From: Roseovarius sp.
GTDB lineage: Bacteria; Pseudomonadota; Alphaproteobacteria; Rhodobacterales; Rhodobacteraceae
Reading direction: 5' to 3'
Length of the DNA stretch: 64,000 bases
Assembly: GCA_043555235.1 (NCBI GenBank)
Contig: CP121311.1
Span: 1,128,857 to 1,192,856 of the forward strand
Shown: piece after piece, positions 9,792 to 18,085 of the stretch
Layout: each line of letters begins with the position of its first letter
Numbering within the stretch: the stretch's first letter is position 1
The notes under the pieces: model-generated
Database searches by the model: none
What the model was told of the DNA's origin: nothing
Seen by the model: only the letters and a program-made list of their open reading frames with translations
Translations under genes and position numbers: made by a program

Positions 9792-10990
9792 CGCTTCACC
9801 AGGCTCAACTGCGTGACCGGCATCAACGGTCGCCATCCGGTCAAACCGCCCACGGGCTCGGCGCGGTGGACCTGCAACTTCACCAATTGCCCGCCATGCC
9901 GCTTGTGCAGGTCCATCAGTACCGCCTCGCTTTCCAGCGTCACGGCATTGGCCACCAGCCGCCCCAACGGGCGCAACGCGGCCCAGGCGGCCTCGAATAC
10001 CGGCACGCTCAGCCCACCCCCGATAAAGACCGCGTCCGGCGATGCCAGACCGTGCAACGCCTCGGGCACCCGCCCGTCGATCAGCTCCAGCTTCGGCGCA
10101 CCCAGCGACAACGCGTTCCGGGCGGCCATGGCGCGGCGGTCGTCGCGCGGCTCGATCCCTATGGCGCGGGCATAGCGCGCGGCACGCATCCATTCCACCG
10201 CGACAGAGCCGCAACCGGTGCCGATATCCCACAGCAACGCGCCACGCATCGGCATCAGCTTGGCCAGCGTGGCGGCGCGAACCTCCTGCTTGGTCATCGT
10301 GCCGTCATGCACGAACAAGTCATCGGACAGCCCCGGCACGCGGGGCAAAAGCGCGGCGTCAGGTGCCGCGACACACTCCACCGCAAGCGTGTTGAAGGCT
10401 GGCACATCCTGATCCCAGCCATTGGCGATCCCGTCAAAGCGTGCCTCGTCCTGGCCGCCCATCGCCGCCAGAACGCTCATCTTCGATGCGCCGAATCCGC
10501 GCTCTGTCAGGAAGCGCGCGATCTGTCCCGGCGTCTCGGCCCCCGTGGTCAGAATCAAAAGCCGCGCATCGGGCTGAATAAAGGCGATCATCTGCTCCAC
10601 CGGGCGGCCATGCACGGTGAGCGTTTCCACATCCGCGATGCTCCAGCCCATGCGCGCGGAGGCCAGCTGAAACGCAGAAAGTTGCGGGTGATAGACGATC
10701 TCGGCAGGGTTCACGCTGCGCCCGATCCGCGCGCCCACGGAAAACCAGAGCGGATCGCCAGTGGCCAGAACCACCACCCGCTGGCCCCGGCAGGACATCA
10801 GCGTGTCGATGAGCGCATCAAAAGGGCTGGGCCAGGCGACCCGCTTGGCGCGGACCGTGTCCGACAGTCGATGATGCCGGTCCCCGCCGATGATAATCTC
10901 GGCCGCCTCGACCACGGCGCGCGTGGCGGGTAAAAGCCCCGCCATGCCATCCTCGCCGATCCCGACGATATGCAACCAAGGCTCAGCCAT
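9788..10990 (-). CDS. cobL: Precorrin-6Y C5,15-methyltransferase, decarboxylating (CbiE/CbiT fusion)
   Basis: MAEPWLHIVGIGEDG, ATGDPLWFSVG, TKQEVRA, WDIGTGCGSV, DAVFIGGG. Confidence 0.95.
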   Translation of the reverse strand: MAEPWLHIVGIGEDGMAGLLPATRAVVEAAEIIIGGDRHHRLSDTVRAKRVAWPSPFDALIDTLMSCRGQRVVVLATGDPLWFSVGARIGRSVNPAEIVYHPQLSAFQLASARMGWSIADVETLTVHGRPVEQMIAFIQPDARLLILTTGAETPGQIARFLTERGFGASKMSVLAAMGGQDEARFDGIANGWDQDVPAFNTLAVECVAAPDAALLPRVPGLSDDLFVHDGTMTKQEVRAATLAKLMPMRGALLWDIGTGCGSVAVEWMRAARYARAIGIEPRDDRRAMAARNALSLGAPKLELIDGRVPEALHGLASPDAVFIGGGLSVPVFEAAWAALRPLGRLVANAVTLESEAVLMDLHKRHGGQLVKLQVHRAEPVGGLTGWRPLMPVTQLSLVKR

Positions 10991-11054
10991 GCGCGCCACC
11001 AAAACTTTTCGAAAAAGTTTTGCCAAATTTTTTCATAAAAAATTTGCCCCTCAT
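10983..11054 (-). other. 23-aa mini-ORF spanning the cobH-cobL spacer (MRGKFFMKKFGKTFSKSFGGAHG)
   Basis: ATG overlaps cobH TGA; its TGA lies in cobL codons 2-3 (ATGGCTGA); translation unproven. Confidence 0.4.
11000..11046. repeat. AT-rich double perfect hairpin
   Basis: CAAAACTTTT-CGA-AAAAGTTTTG, one C, then CAAATTTTTT-CAT-AAAAAATTTG: two 10-bp stems with 3-nt loops. Confidence 0.9.
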
Positions 11055-11689
11055 ACCCGGCCCTCCGGAATGCCCGCCGCCAGCGCGTTGACCGCAGCCG
11101 AGGCCATGGCCGACCCACCCCGCCGCCCGCGCAGCGCCACAAATTCACAGCCGCGCGGGTTCTCGGCCAGTTCGGCCTTGCTCTCGGCGGCGCCGACAAA
11201 CCCCACCGGAAAGCCAAGGATCACGGCAGGTTTCGGCGCGCCGGCATCAAGCAGTTCCAGGAGATGAAAAAGCGCGGTAGGCGCATTGCCGATGGCAACG
11301 ACCGCACCGGCCAGATGCGGCGTCCACAGCTCGACCCCGGCGGCGCTGCGGGTATTGCCGATCCGCTGTGCCAGCCCAGGCACCTGCGGGTCGTTGAGCG
11401 TGACGATCACCTCGTTGTCGCTGGGCAGGTAACGCCGGATGATGCCCGCCCCCACCATTTCGCAATCGCAAAGGACCGGCGCGCCGTTCTGTAAAGCCGC
11501 CTGTCCAGCCGCGTGGGCGTTATCGGAATAGGACAGCCGGTCCGCGACCTCGACCATGCCGCAAGCATGGATGAGCCGGATGGCCAGGGCCTCCATGCCG
11601 GGGGCAAAGCGATCCAGCCGGGCTTCGCGCCGGACGGTCGCGAAGCTTTCGGCGTAGATCGCGGATGGGTTTTTCTCATAGGGGCGCAA
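11051..11689 (-). CDS. cobH: Precorrin-8X methylmutase
   Basis: RLIHACG, IGNTRSAA, AIGNAPTALF, GFPVGFVGAAESK, GGSAMASAAVNA; TTG start. Confidence 0.96.
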   Translation of the reverse strand: MRPYEKNPSAIYAESFATVRREARLDRFAPGMEALAIRLIHACGMVEVADRLSYSDNAHAAGQAALQNGAPVLCDCEMVGAGIIRRYLPSDNEVIVTLNDPQVPGLAQRIGNTRSAAGVELWTPHLAGAVVAIGNAPTALFHLLELLDAGAPKPAVILGFPVGFVGAAESKAELAENPRGCEFVALRGRRGGSAMASAAVNALAAGIPEGRV

Positions 11690-11761
11690 TGATCCGACCT
11701 TGTTCCTAGACCCGGCGGCGGATGCCTCAGGCGGGAGAATTCTGCCAAGAAGAAGGACGGG

Positions 11762-12973
11762 TCACGCCTTGGTCTTGCGCGCGCTTTCAGGCCCCAGCGG
11801 ATGTTTGGCATGGGGGTAGATCGCATGATGGTGGTGATGGTCATGATCGTGATGCGCGTGATCGTGGCCATGATGATGATGGTGGTGACGCTTGTCCGTC
11901 GCCTCCAGCCGGCAAAGCCCGGTGCAGAACGTATCGCAAAGGGAACAATCCGCCACGTTCGAGCCCGGCGCCGAGGCGCCCTGCCCCTCGACATGGTGAT
12001 GGTGGCTTTCCTGTATCGCGCCGACCTCGTGCTCGAAGCCCAGGACCGCCGTGCGGTATTTGCACAACACGCAGGTTGGCGGCGGCACGTCGCCGAACGC
12101 CGGGTGGGCGGTACGCGCCGCGGCGGGGATCTCTATGGGTTTGCCCCCTTCGACGGCCAGAACCTGTGCACGATAAGGGCAGGTGCCGCAATTGGGAGGC
12201 GGGTTCGCGCCTGCCTGTTCGCGCACACGTTCCGCAAAGGTTTCCAGCACCTTGGGGTGGTCGCCCAGATAGCCCGCCTTCACAAACTCGATGTCGGGAT
12301 GCGCGGCGGCGACCTGATCGGTGAAGCCATAGATCCGGTCGATCAGGATGCCCGAGAAAAGGAAATAAGGGAATACGACGATGCGCTTGTAGCCCAGCTT
12401 CGCCACATGGCTCAGGCACGGCTCCACCAGCGGGAAGGTCACGCCGGAATAGCCGACCGCGCCCCAGCCAAAGCCCATGCCCTCCCACAGCATACGGGCG
12501 ATCTTGGCGACATTGCCGTTGGCATCGGGATCAGAGGCGCCGCGCCCAATCACGACGAGGCAAGTGTCATGCAGCGACACGGCGCCCTGTTCGGCATTGG
12601 CCTGCGCCACGGCGGCCTCGATCCGCGCACCGGCGGCGGCGATCATCTTGGGATCGACGCCAAGTTCCCGGCCATAGCTGATCTCGATCCCGTGGGTTTC
12701 GGCATAGGTGTTCAGCACGGTGGGGATGTCGTTCTTGGAATGCATCGCCGCGAACAGCATACCGGGCACGGCGAGAATGCGCTCGCAACCCTTTTCGCGC
12801 AGCTTGTCCAGACCATCGCGGATGACCGGGTTGGCAAATTCCAGATAGCCGTATTCCATTTCCCATTCGGGCGGCAGGTAGGCGGGCAGCTTGTCGGCGA
12901 GGGTGGAAAACTCATCCACCGCCGCCTGGCTGCGCGAGCCGTGCCCGCAGATCATCACGCCGGTCTTGGTCAT
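11762..12973 (-). CDS. cbiX: Sirohydrochlorin cobaltochelatase CbiX with Cys motifs and His-rich tail
   Basis: MICGHGSRS, GYLEFANP, GRGASDPDAN, FPYFLFSG; C-terminal poly-His. Confidence 0.92.
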   Translation of the reverse strand: MTKTGVMICGHGSRSQAAVDEFSTLADKLPAYLPPEWEMEYGYLEFANPVIRDGLDKLREKGCERILAVPGMLFAAMHSKNDIPTVLNTYAETHGIEISYGRELGVDPKMIAAAGARIEAAVAQANAEQGAVSLHDTCLVVIGRGASDPDANGNVAKIARMLWEGMGFGWGAVGYSGVTFPLVEPCLSHVAKLGYKRIVVFPYFLFSGILIDRIYGFTDQVAAAHPDIEFVKAGYLGDHPKVLETFAERVREQAGANPPPNCGTCPYRAQVLAVEGGKPIEIPAAARTAHPAFGDVPPPTCVLCKYRTAVLGFEHEVGAIQESHHHHVEGQGASAPGSNVADCSLCDTFCTGLCRLEATDKRHHHHHHGHDHAHHDHDHHHHHAIYPHAKHPLGPESARKTKA

Positions 12974-12977
12974 GGAC

Positions 12978-13196
12978 TCAGGCCTCCTGGGCTTCTTCTT
13001 CGGTCTCGTCTTCGGGGGCTGTGTCGGCCTCGGCCTCCTTGCGGGCGCGCGCCCGCGCCCACAGGCCGATGGCAATGGCCGCACCAATGGCCGCAGCGCC
13101 GAGCCAGTGGCCGTGACCGGCCGCTTCGGCCAGATGTCCGGGATGTGCAACGGCGGCACCGGGCAGCATCGCGGCAGTGATCAGGATCAGTCTCAT
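12978..13196 (-). CDS. Small membrane protein with AHPGH motif (DUF6732-like)
   Basis: Signal-like N-terminus, HPGH..GHGH, TM helix, acidic tail; GGAAAGGA SD upstream; first gene of cob cluster. Confidence 0.75.
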   Translation of the reverse strand: MRLILITAAMLPGAAVAHPGHLAEAAGHGHWLGAAAIGAAIAIGLWARARARKEAEADTAPEDETEEEAQEA

Positions 13197-13490
13197 GTGG
13201 CGTTCCTTTCCTGTCAGACCCGTTCAGACAGCCGGAAGGGAAGGCCGCCTGCGGCCATCGCCCGACGATCCAGATCCACGCGGCCCCCTGTTTGGGTCGG
13301 CCCGGCGATCTGCACCTTTCCGGCCCCTGTCAGGGGGCATCGTCACCGCGTCTATATGCGCAGCGCGGCATCTGCGCAAACGGAGAATCGCCACACCGCA
13401 TCGCGATTGCGACATGTGCGCGGGCGCACAGACCCCGCGCCTTGGAACCGCGCCGAGCCGCGTCAGGTTGATGGCCAAAGGAGAATTATC

Positions 13491-14474
13491 ATGGGCCAAC
13501 TGATCGACGGCGTCTGGCATGACGACTGGTACGACACCGAAAGCACAGCCGGCGAATTCAAGCGCACCACAACGCAGTTTCGCAACTGGATCACCGCCAA
13601 TGGCGCGCCCGGCCCGTCGGGGGCGGGTGGGTTCGCCGCACAAAGCGGGCGCTATCATCTTTACGTTTCGCTCGCCTGTCCGTGGGCGCACCGCACCCTG
13701 ATTTTCCGCAAGCTCAAGGCGCTGGAGGACCACATCGGCGTGTCCGTGGTGCATCCCGACATGCTAAGCGACGGGTGGACCTTTGACACGGATTTTCCGG
13801 GTGCGACGGGGGACAGGGTGTATGGCTTGCCGTTTGCCCGTGACATCTATCTGCGGGCCGACCCGAAGACATCGGGGCGCGTGACGGTGCCGATCCTGTG
13901 GGACAAGGAACGCGAAACCATCGTGTCCAACGAATCTGCCGAGATCATTCGCATGTTCAACAGCGCCTTTGATGCGATCACCGGCAATACCGACGATTAC
14001 TGGCCCAAAGATCTGCGCGCCGCGATCGAGCCGGTGAACGCCCGCATCTACGACACCGTCAACAACGGGGTCTACAAGGCCGGGTTCGCGACCAGTCAAC
14101 CGGCCTATGACAAGGCCGTTAATCCGGTATTCGAGACGCTGGGCTGGCTTGAGGCGCGCCTGCGCTATCACCGCTACCTGATGGGCGCGCGCCTGACAGA
14201 GGCGGACTGGCGGCTGTTCACCACGCTGATCCGCTTTGACATGGTCTATCACGGGCATTTCAAATGCAACCGCGCACGAATCGTGGATTACCCCAATATC
14301 TGGGGCTATCTGCGCGAGCTTTACCAATGGCCGGGCGTGGCGGAGACGGTGGATTTCGACCATATCACGCGCCACTACCATTACAGCCATGACATGATAA
14401 ATCCGCACCGTATCATCCCGACAGGCCCGGATCTGGATCTGGACGCAGCACATGGGCGCGATCATCTTGGGTGA
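13491..14474 (+). CDS. Glutathionyl-hydroquinone reductase (GST omega-like, YqjG family)
   Basis: GRYHLYVSLACPWAHR, VTVPILWD, NESAEI, NNGVYKAGFA; AAGGAG SD. Confidence 0.93.
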   Translation: MGQLIDGVWHDDWYDTESTAGEFKRTTTQFRNWITANGAPGPSGAGGFAAQSGRYHLYVSLACPWAHRTLIFRKLKALEDHIGVSVVHPDMLSDGWTFDTDFPGATGDRVYGLPFARDIYLRADPKTSGRVTVPILWDKERETIVSNESAEIIRMFNSAFDAITGNTDDYWPKDLRAAIEPVNARIYDTVNNGVYKAGFATSQPAYDKAVNPVFETLGWLEARLRYHRYLMGARLTEADWRLFTTLIRFDMVYHGHFKCNRARIVDYPNIWGYLRELYQWPGVAETVDFDHITRHYHYSHDMINPHRIIPTGPDLDLDAAHGRDHLG

Positions 14475-14491
14475 CGCGTAGCGCGATGATG

Positions 14492-14536
14492 AAAGCGGTT
14501 CGCGAAAAACCTGACGCGCAGCGTTTCGCGAACCGC
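14492..14536. repeat. Half-copy (one terminal hairpin) of the MITE family, between convergent genes
   Basis: GCGGTTCGCGAAAAACCTGA...TTTCGCGAACCGC, a 42-nt hairpin the same length as the one at 2454-2495. Confidence 0.7.
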
Positions 14537-14537
14537 C

Positions 14538-15005
14538 TCATTCCACGATGAAACGGCCTCGTGCCTGTTTTGGCGGCTCGGCATGGTCGCGCACCAGAAA
14601 CGGGTAATCGCCCTTGCGCATGGGATGAAAGCTGAACCGCGCAGACCCCTTGCCATCGCATTGGATCGCCCGAAAGCTTAGTCCCTGCACGTAGAATTCC
14701 ATGTCGCTTTCGGCGACAGACAGAACCCGAAGATGGGCGTTTTCCAGCAGCCCGGGGGATTCGAAATGAAATCCGGTGTCGGACGTCACCTCCTGCGGGC
14801 AGGTCACGTTGAGCCGGTAATAGCCGCCAAGCGCCAGCCGGAAGTCGGTTTGCGAGATCGCGACAGCGCCGTCGGCATCGCGGGTCATTTCAAGATGGAT
14901 GTCTTCGGGCTTGCCCCCGCCCAGCTGGCCCGAGACCTGTTCGTCGGCCAGGGTGGGCATAGCCATAAGGGCGGTGATCCCCATAAGTGCGCGTATCAGC
15001 TTCAT
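14538..15005 (-). CDS. Secreted hypothetical protein, possibly cupredoxin-like fold
   Basis: Signal peptide MKLIRALMGITALMAMPTLA; GGYYRL and FSFHPMRKGDYPF beta-rich patterns. Confidence 0.7.
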   Translation of the reverse strand: MKLIRALMGITALMAMPTLADEQVSGQLGGGKPEDIHLEMTRDADGAVAISQTDFRLALGGYYRLNVTCPQEVTSDTGFHFESPGLLENAHLRVLSVAESDMEFYVQGLSFRAIQCDGKGSARFSFHPMRKGDYPFLVRDHAEPPKQARGRFIVE

Positions 15006-15433
15006 GCCGTGTTCTCCTGCTTTCGGTCCTTGGGTGTGGCGCGATAATCCGCGTCCGACACCTGTTCCAGCCAGTCGGCAACGCGCCCGGCTGCGTCGGC
15101 CTCCTGCATGGCCAGATGGCACATCTGCGTTTTCGGCGCAGCGCCGTGCCAGTGCTCTTCACCCGGCGGAATCCAGACCGTATCGCCCGCGCGGATCACC
15201 TCGGGGGCCTGTCCGCGCCGCGCGACAAGCCCGGTGCCCCACAACACATACAGCGTCTGGCCCAACGGATGGGTGTGCCAAGCCGTGCGCGCGCCCGGCT
15301 CGAACGTCACGCGGAGCGCGCGCAGCCGTGCGGGGGCTTCGGCCTCGACCACCGGCTCTTGCCATACACGACCGCTAAAGTAGTCCGGATTGGCGAGGCT
15401 GCTGGCCCGCGTTTCAGACCTGAAAATCCGCAT
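15002..15433 (-). CDS. Cupin domain protein
   Basis: VTFEPGARTAWHTHPLGQTL, WIPPGEEHWHGA. Confidence 0.92.
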   Translation of the reverse strand: MRIFRSETRASSLANPDYFSGRVWQEPVVEAEAPARLRALRVTFEPGARTAWHTHPLGQTLYVLWGTGLVARRGQAPEVIRAGDTVWIPPGEEHWHGAAPKTQMCHLAMQEADAAGRVADWLEQVSDADYRATPKDRKQENTA

Positions 15434-15535
15434 TGCGCTTCTCCTTGCATAATATCGCGTCCTGTCGACACGGGGTGACCGGAGTCAGCCTGAACGACCC
15501 GGTCTTGTACACCGGTCTTTTCGCGCCCGAATCCC

Positions 15536-15564
15536 TTGACGCCCCAGAGCATTGGCCGTAAAGA
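15536..15564 (+). promoter_or_regulatory. Probable sigma70 promoter of rpmB
   Basis: TTGACG-N17-TAAAGA. Confidence 0.5.
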
Positions 15565-15656
15565 CCGAAAACGGATTTCGGGGCACGGCCTATGGCGGTG
15601 CCCGTTTGCATTGAGAGGGGACAGACCGCGCCCCACCCAGGACGAGGAATGAACCT

Positions 15657-15947
15657 ATGTCGCGCCGCTGCGAATTGACCGGAAAAGGCCCGATGGTCGG
15701 GAACAACTCGAGCCACGCCAACAATAAAACCAAGCGTCGGTATCTGCCGAACCTGAACGATGTGACACTTCAGTCGGAAACGCTCAAGCGTGGTATCAAG
15801 CTGCGCATCAGCGCCGCTGCCCTGCGCTCTGTCGATCACCGGGGCGGGCTGGACGGATATCTGGCCAAGGCCAAGGATATCGAGCTTTCCGCCAACGCGC
15901 TGAAAGTGAAGAAAGAGATTGCAAAGGCACAGGCCGCAAGCGCCTGA
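15657..15947 (+). CDS. rpmB: 50S ribosomal protein L28
   Basis: [33 protein letters not shown]. Confidence 0.98.
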   Translation: MSRRCELTGKGPMVGNNSSHANNKTKRRYLPNLNDVTLQSETLKRGIKLRISAAALRSVDHRGGLDGYLAKAKDIELSANALKVKKEIAKAQAASA

Positions 15948-15971
15948 CTTGCCCGATCCTGCAAAGCTGAC

Positions 15972-16007
15972 ACAGCCTCGCCAGATCCGGCGGGGCTGTT
16001 GCTTTTT
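15972..16007 (+). terminator. Intrinsic terminator after rpmB
   Basis: ACAGCCTCGCC-loop-GGCGGGGCTGT followed by TGCTTTTT. Confidence 0.75.
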
Positions 16008-16050
16008 GTCGCGCTTCATACGGTGCGCGCCCCGGCTATACACACAGTCG

Positions 16051-16398
16051 ATGACAACCCGGACCTATATCGCGGCCATGCTGTCGCTTGTGCTTCTGCT
16101 CACAGGGCAGTCCATGGCGCTTGCCCGCACGGCCGCGGGACCGGCGGGCAGTATCGTGCTTTGCACCGGGACCGGGCCGATCACCGTTGTGGTCGACGAC
16201 ACCGGCACGCCAATGGGTCCGGTGCATATCTGCCCCGATTGCACGACAGCACTTTGTGCGGCAACGCTGCCGGGGCTGCACGATCTGCCCCGACATATGC
16301 CACAGTCGCGCACCAGCCGTGTTGCCGCGCCGCAGGTTCCCGGCGAAACCCCCGGCCTGTTCCTTCCCCGCGCCCGTGCGCCCCCTGCGTCGCTCTGA
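16051..16398 (+). CDS. DUF2946-like small protein with CxxC
   Basis: TM helix, IVLCTG, HICPDC, C-terminal PRARAPP; directly upstream of PCuAC. Confidence 0.75.
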   Translation: MTTRTYIAAMLSLVLLLTGQSMALARTAAGPAGSIVLCTGTGPITVVVDDTGTPMGPVHICPDCTTALCAATLPGLHDLPRHMPQSRTSRVAAPQVPGETPGLFLPRARAPPASL

Positions 16399-16450
16399 TC
16401 CTCCACTGACCGTTTCAGACCGATCCAACACACAGCACAGGACAAATCCA

Positions 16451-16915
16451 ATGCTCAGCACATTTCGCGCGCTTGCCGCGCTTGGCGCAATTGCGCTTTC
16501 CACCACCGCCGCACTGGCCGCCGACATCACCGTGAAGGACGCCTATGCGCGCGCGGCCTCGCCCGCTGCCAAGACCGGCGCGGCCTTTCTGATGATCGAG
16601 AATGCCGGACCTGACGACCGGCTTGTCGGAGCCAAATCCCCTGCCGCCGCGCGGGTGGAGCTGCACACCCATATCGAAGAGGATGGCGTGATGCGGATGC
16701 GCCATGTCGAAGACGGCTTTGCCCTGCCCGAAGGCGGCATGATCACCATGAAACGCGGCGGGGATCACGTCATGTTCATGGGCCTCACCGGCCCGTTTGA
16801 ACAGGGGGCGCGCGTGCCACTCACTCTTGTCTTCGAGACCGCAGGCGAGATGCAGATCGAGGTTCCCGTCGATCTGGAGCGGATGCCGGAAAAGGGTCAC
16901 GGGCACAGCCACTGA
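16451..16915 (+). CDS. Periplasmic copper chaperone PCu(A)C
   Basis: Signal peptide; ELHTH...MRM...GGDHVMFM (HxnMxnHxM) copper motif. Confidence 0.93.
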   Translation: MLSTFRALAALGAIALSTTAALAADITVKDAYARAASPAAKTGAAFLMIENAGPDDRLVGAKSPAAARVELHTHIEEDGVMRMRHVEDGFALPEGGMITMKRGGDHVMFMGLTGPFEQGARVPLTLVFETAGEMQIEVPVDLERMPEKGHGHSH

Positions 16916-16939
16916 CCTCAACGGCGGCGCGGTGCCGGT

Positions 16940-18085
16940 CTACGAGGCCAGAAACCGCGCCGCCGCCTCGCCTTTCATATAGGTCACCTGCCCGCCAGAC
17001 AGCGTCGCGCAGATCTCGCGCCGGGCGGCATCGAGCACCACCAGATCGGCCCGCATCCCCGGCGTCAGGCGGCCCCGGTCGGCAAGGCCCAGCATTCGCG
17101 CGGGCCCATCTGATATCAGACCCCACGCCGCGGCAAAGGACATCACGCCGCCATTGGCCAACAGAAACGCCGCGCGCCGCATCGACGGGTAGTGATAATC
17201 CGAGGCCAGCGCATCGCACAGCCCCATCGCCACCAGATCCAGCGCCGAGACATTGCCCTTGTGCGAGCCGCCCCGCACCAGGTTCGGCGCGCCCAGAACC
17301 ACTGCGTCGCCCGTCGCTTTGGCCGCCTCTGCCGCCTCGACCGTCTCGGGAAATTCCGCCACAAGCGCCCCGCGCCCGTGCCACAACGCCCGGTCGGCGC
17401 GCGTGTGATCGTCATGGCTGCCCATCAGAACGCCATGTTCGGCCAGCATCGGCATCAGCAGCGCCAACGCCTCTGGCACCGCATCCAGCCCGGAATACAG
17501 CGTCTGAAGATCGGCCAGATGCTTTTCGGGGTTCTTGCCGATGCGCAACGCCTGCCCGGTCAGACGCGGCGGGCGTTTGCCCGCCTCCAGCGCCTCGTGC
17601 GGGAGGTGATCGTTGAACACCACATAGCGAATGTCGAAACGTCCAACCATGTCGAGCACCGCGTCATACTCTTCCACCATCGAGAATTCGAAACGCAGTT
17701 GCGGCCGGATATCCGTGCCCAGCCTGGGGCGGATCTCTTGCAGCGCGGTGAACACCTGCCTGGCAAAGGCCGGGCCGCGCATCCCGCCCTCCCAACTGTA
17801 GAACTGCGCCAGCGTCGCTGTCGTGATCCCGTTCGCGGCCAGTTCCGCCTCGGTCGCCACAAGGCCCTGATCAAGATCCTTCATCGCCCCGCGTCGCGGT
17901 GCCAGATGTTTCTCGAAGGCGTCGCCATGCGCATCCACGATGCCCGGCAGCACCAGAAAACCCGACAGATCCACCTCGCGCCCGCCCGCATCCGCAATCC
18001 GCCCCGCTGCGATCGACAGCGGCGTATCGTCAAGCCCGTCCGGACGCAGCACCTGTGCCCCTGTCAGCCTGAGATCTGGGGTCAT
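16940..18085 (-). CDS. phnM: PhnM-like amidohydrolase (alpha-D-ribose 1-methylphosphonate 5-triphosphate diphosphatase family)
   Basis: [44 protein letters not shown]. Confidence 0.85.
   Translation of the reverse strand: MTPDLRLTGAQVLRPDGLDDTPLSIAAGRIADAGGREVDLSGFLVLPGIVDAHGDAFEKHLAPRRGAMKDLDQGLVATEAELAANGITTATLAQFYSWEGGMRGPAFARQVFTALQEIRPRLGTDIRPQLRFEFSMVEEYDAVLDMVGRFDIRYVVFNDHLPHEALEAGKRPPRLTGQALRIGKNPEKHLADLQTLYSGLDAVPEALALLMPMLAEHGVLMGSHDDHTRADRALWHGRGALVAEFPETVEAAEAAKATGDAVVLGAPNLVRGGSHKGNVSALDLVAMGLCDALASDYHYPSMRRAAFLLANGGVMSFAAAWGLISDGPARMLGLADRGRLTPGMRADLVVLDAARREICATLSGGQVTYMKGEAAARFLAS

Noticed and set aside
11800-11900. Repetitive ATG/GTG/TGA-rich tract as a possible tandem array or CRISPR
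   Set aside because: It is the antisense of the CbiX poly-His tail; no constant repeat-spacer period anywhere in the window
13200-13400. Canonical cobalamin riboswitch before the cob cluster
   Set aside because: Conserved B12-box elements not found in the sense orientation; kept only as an unexplained structured leader
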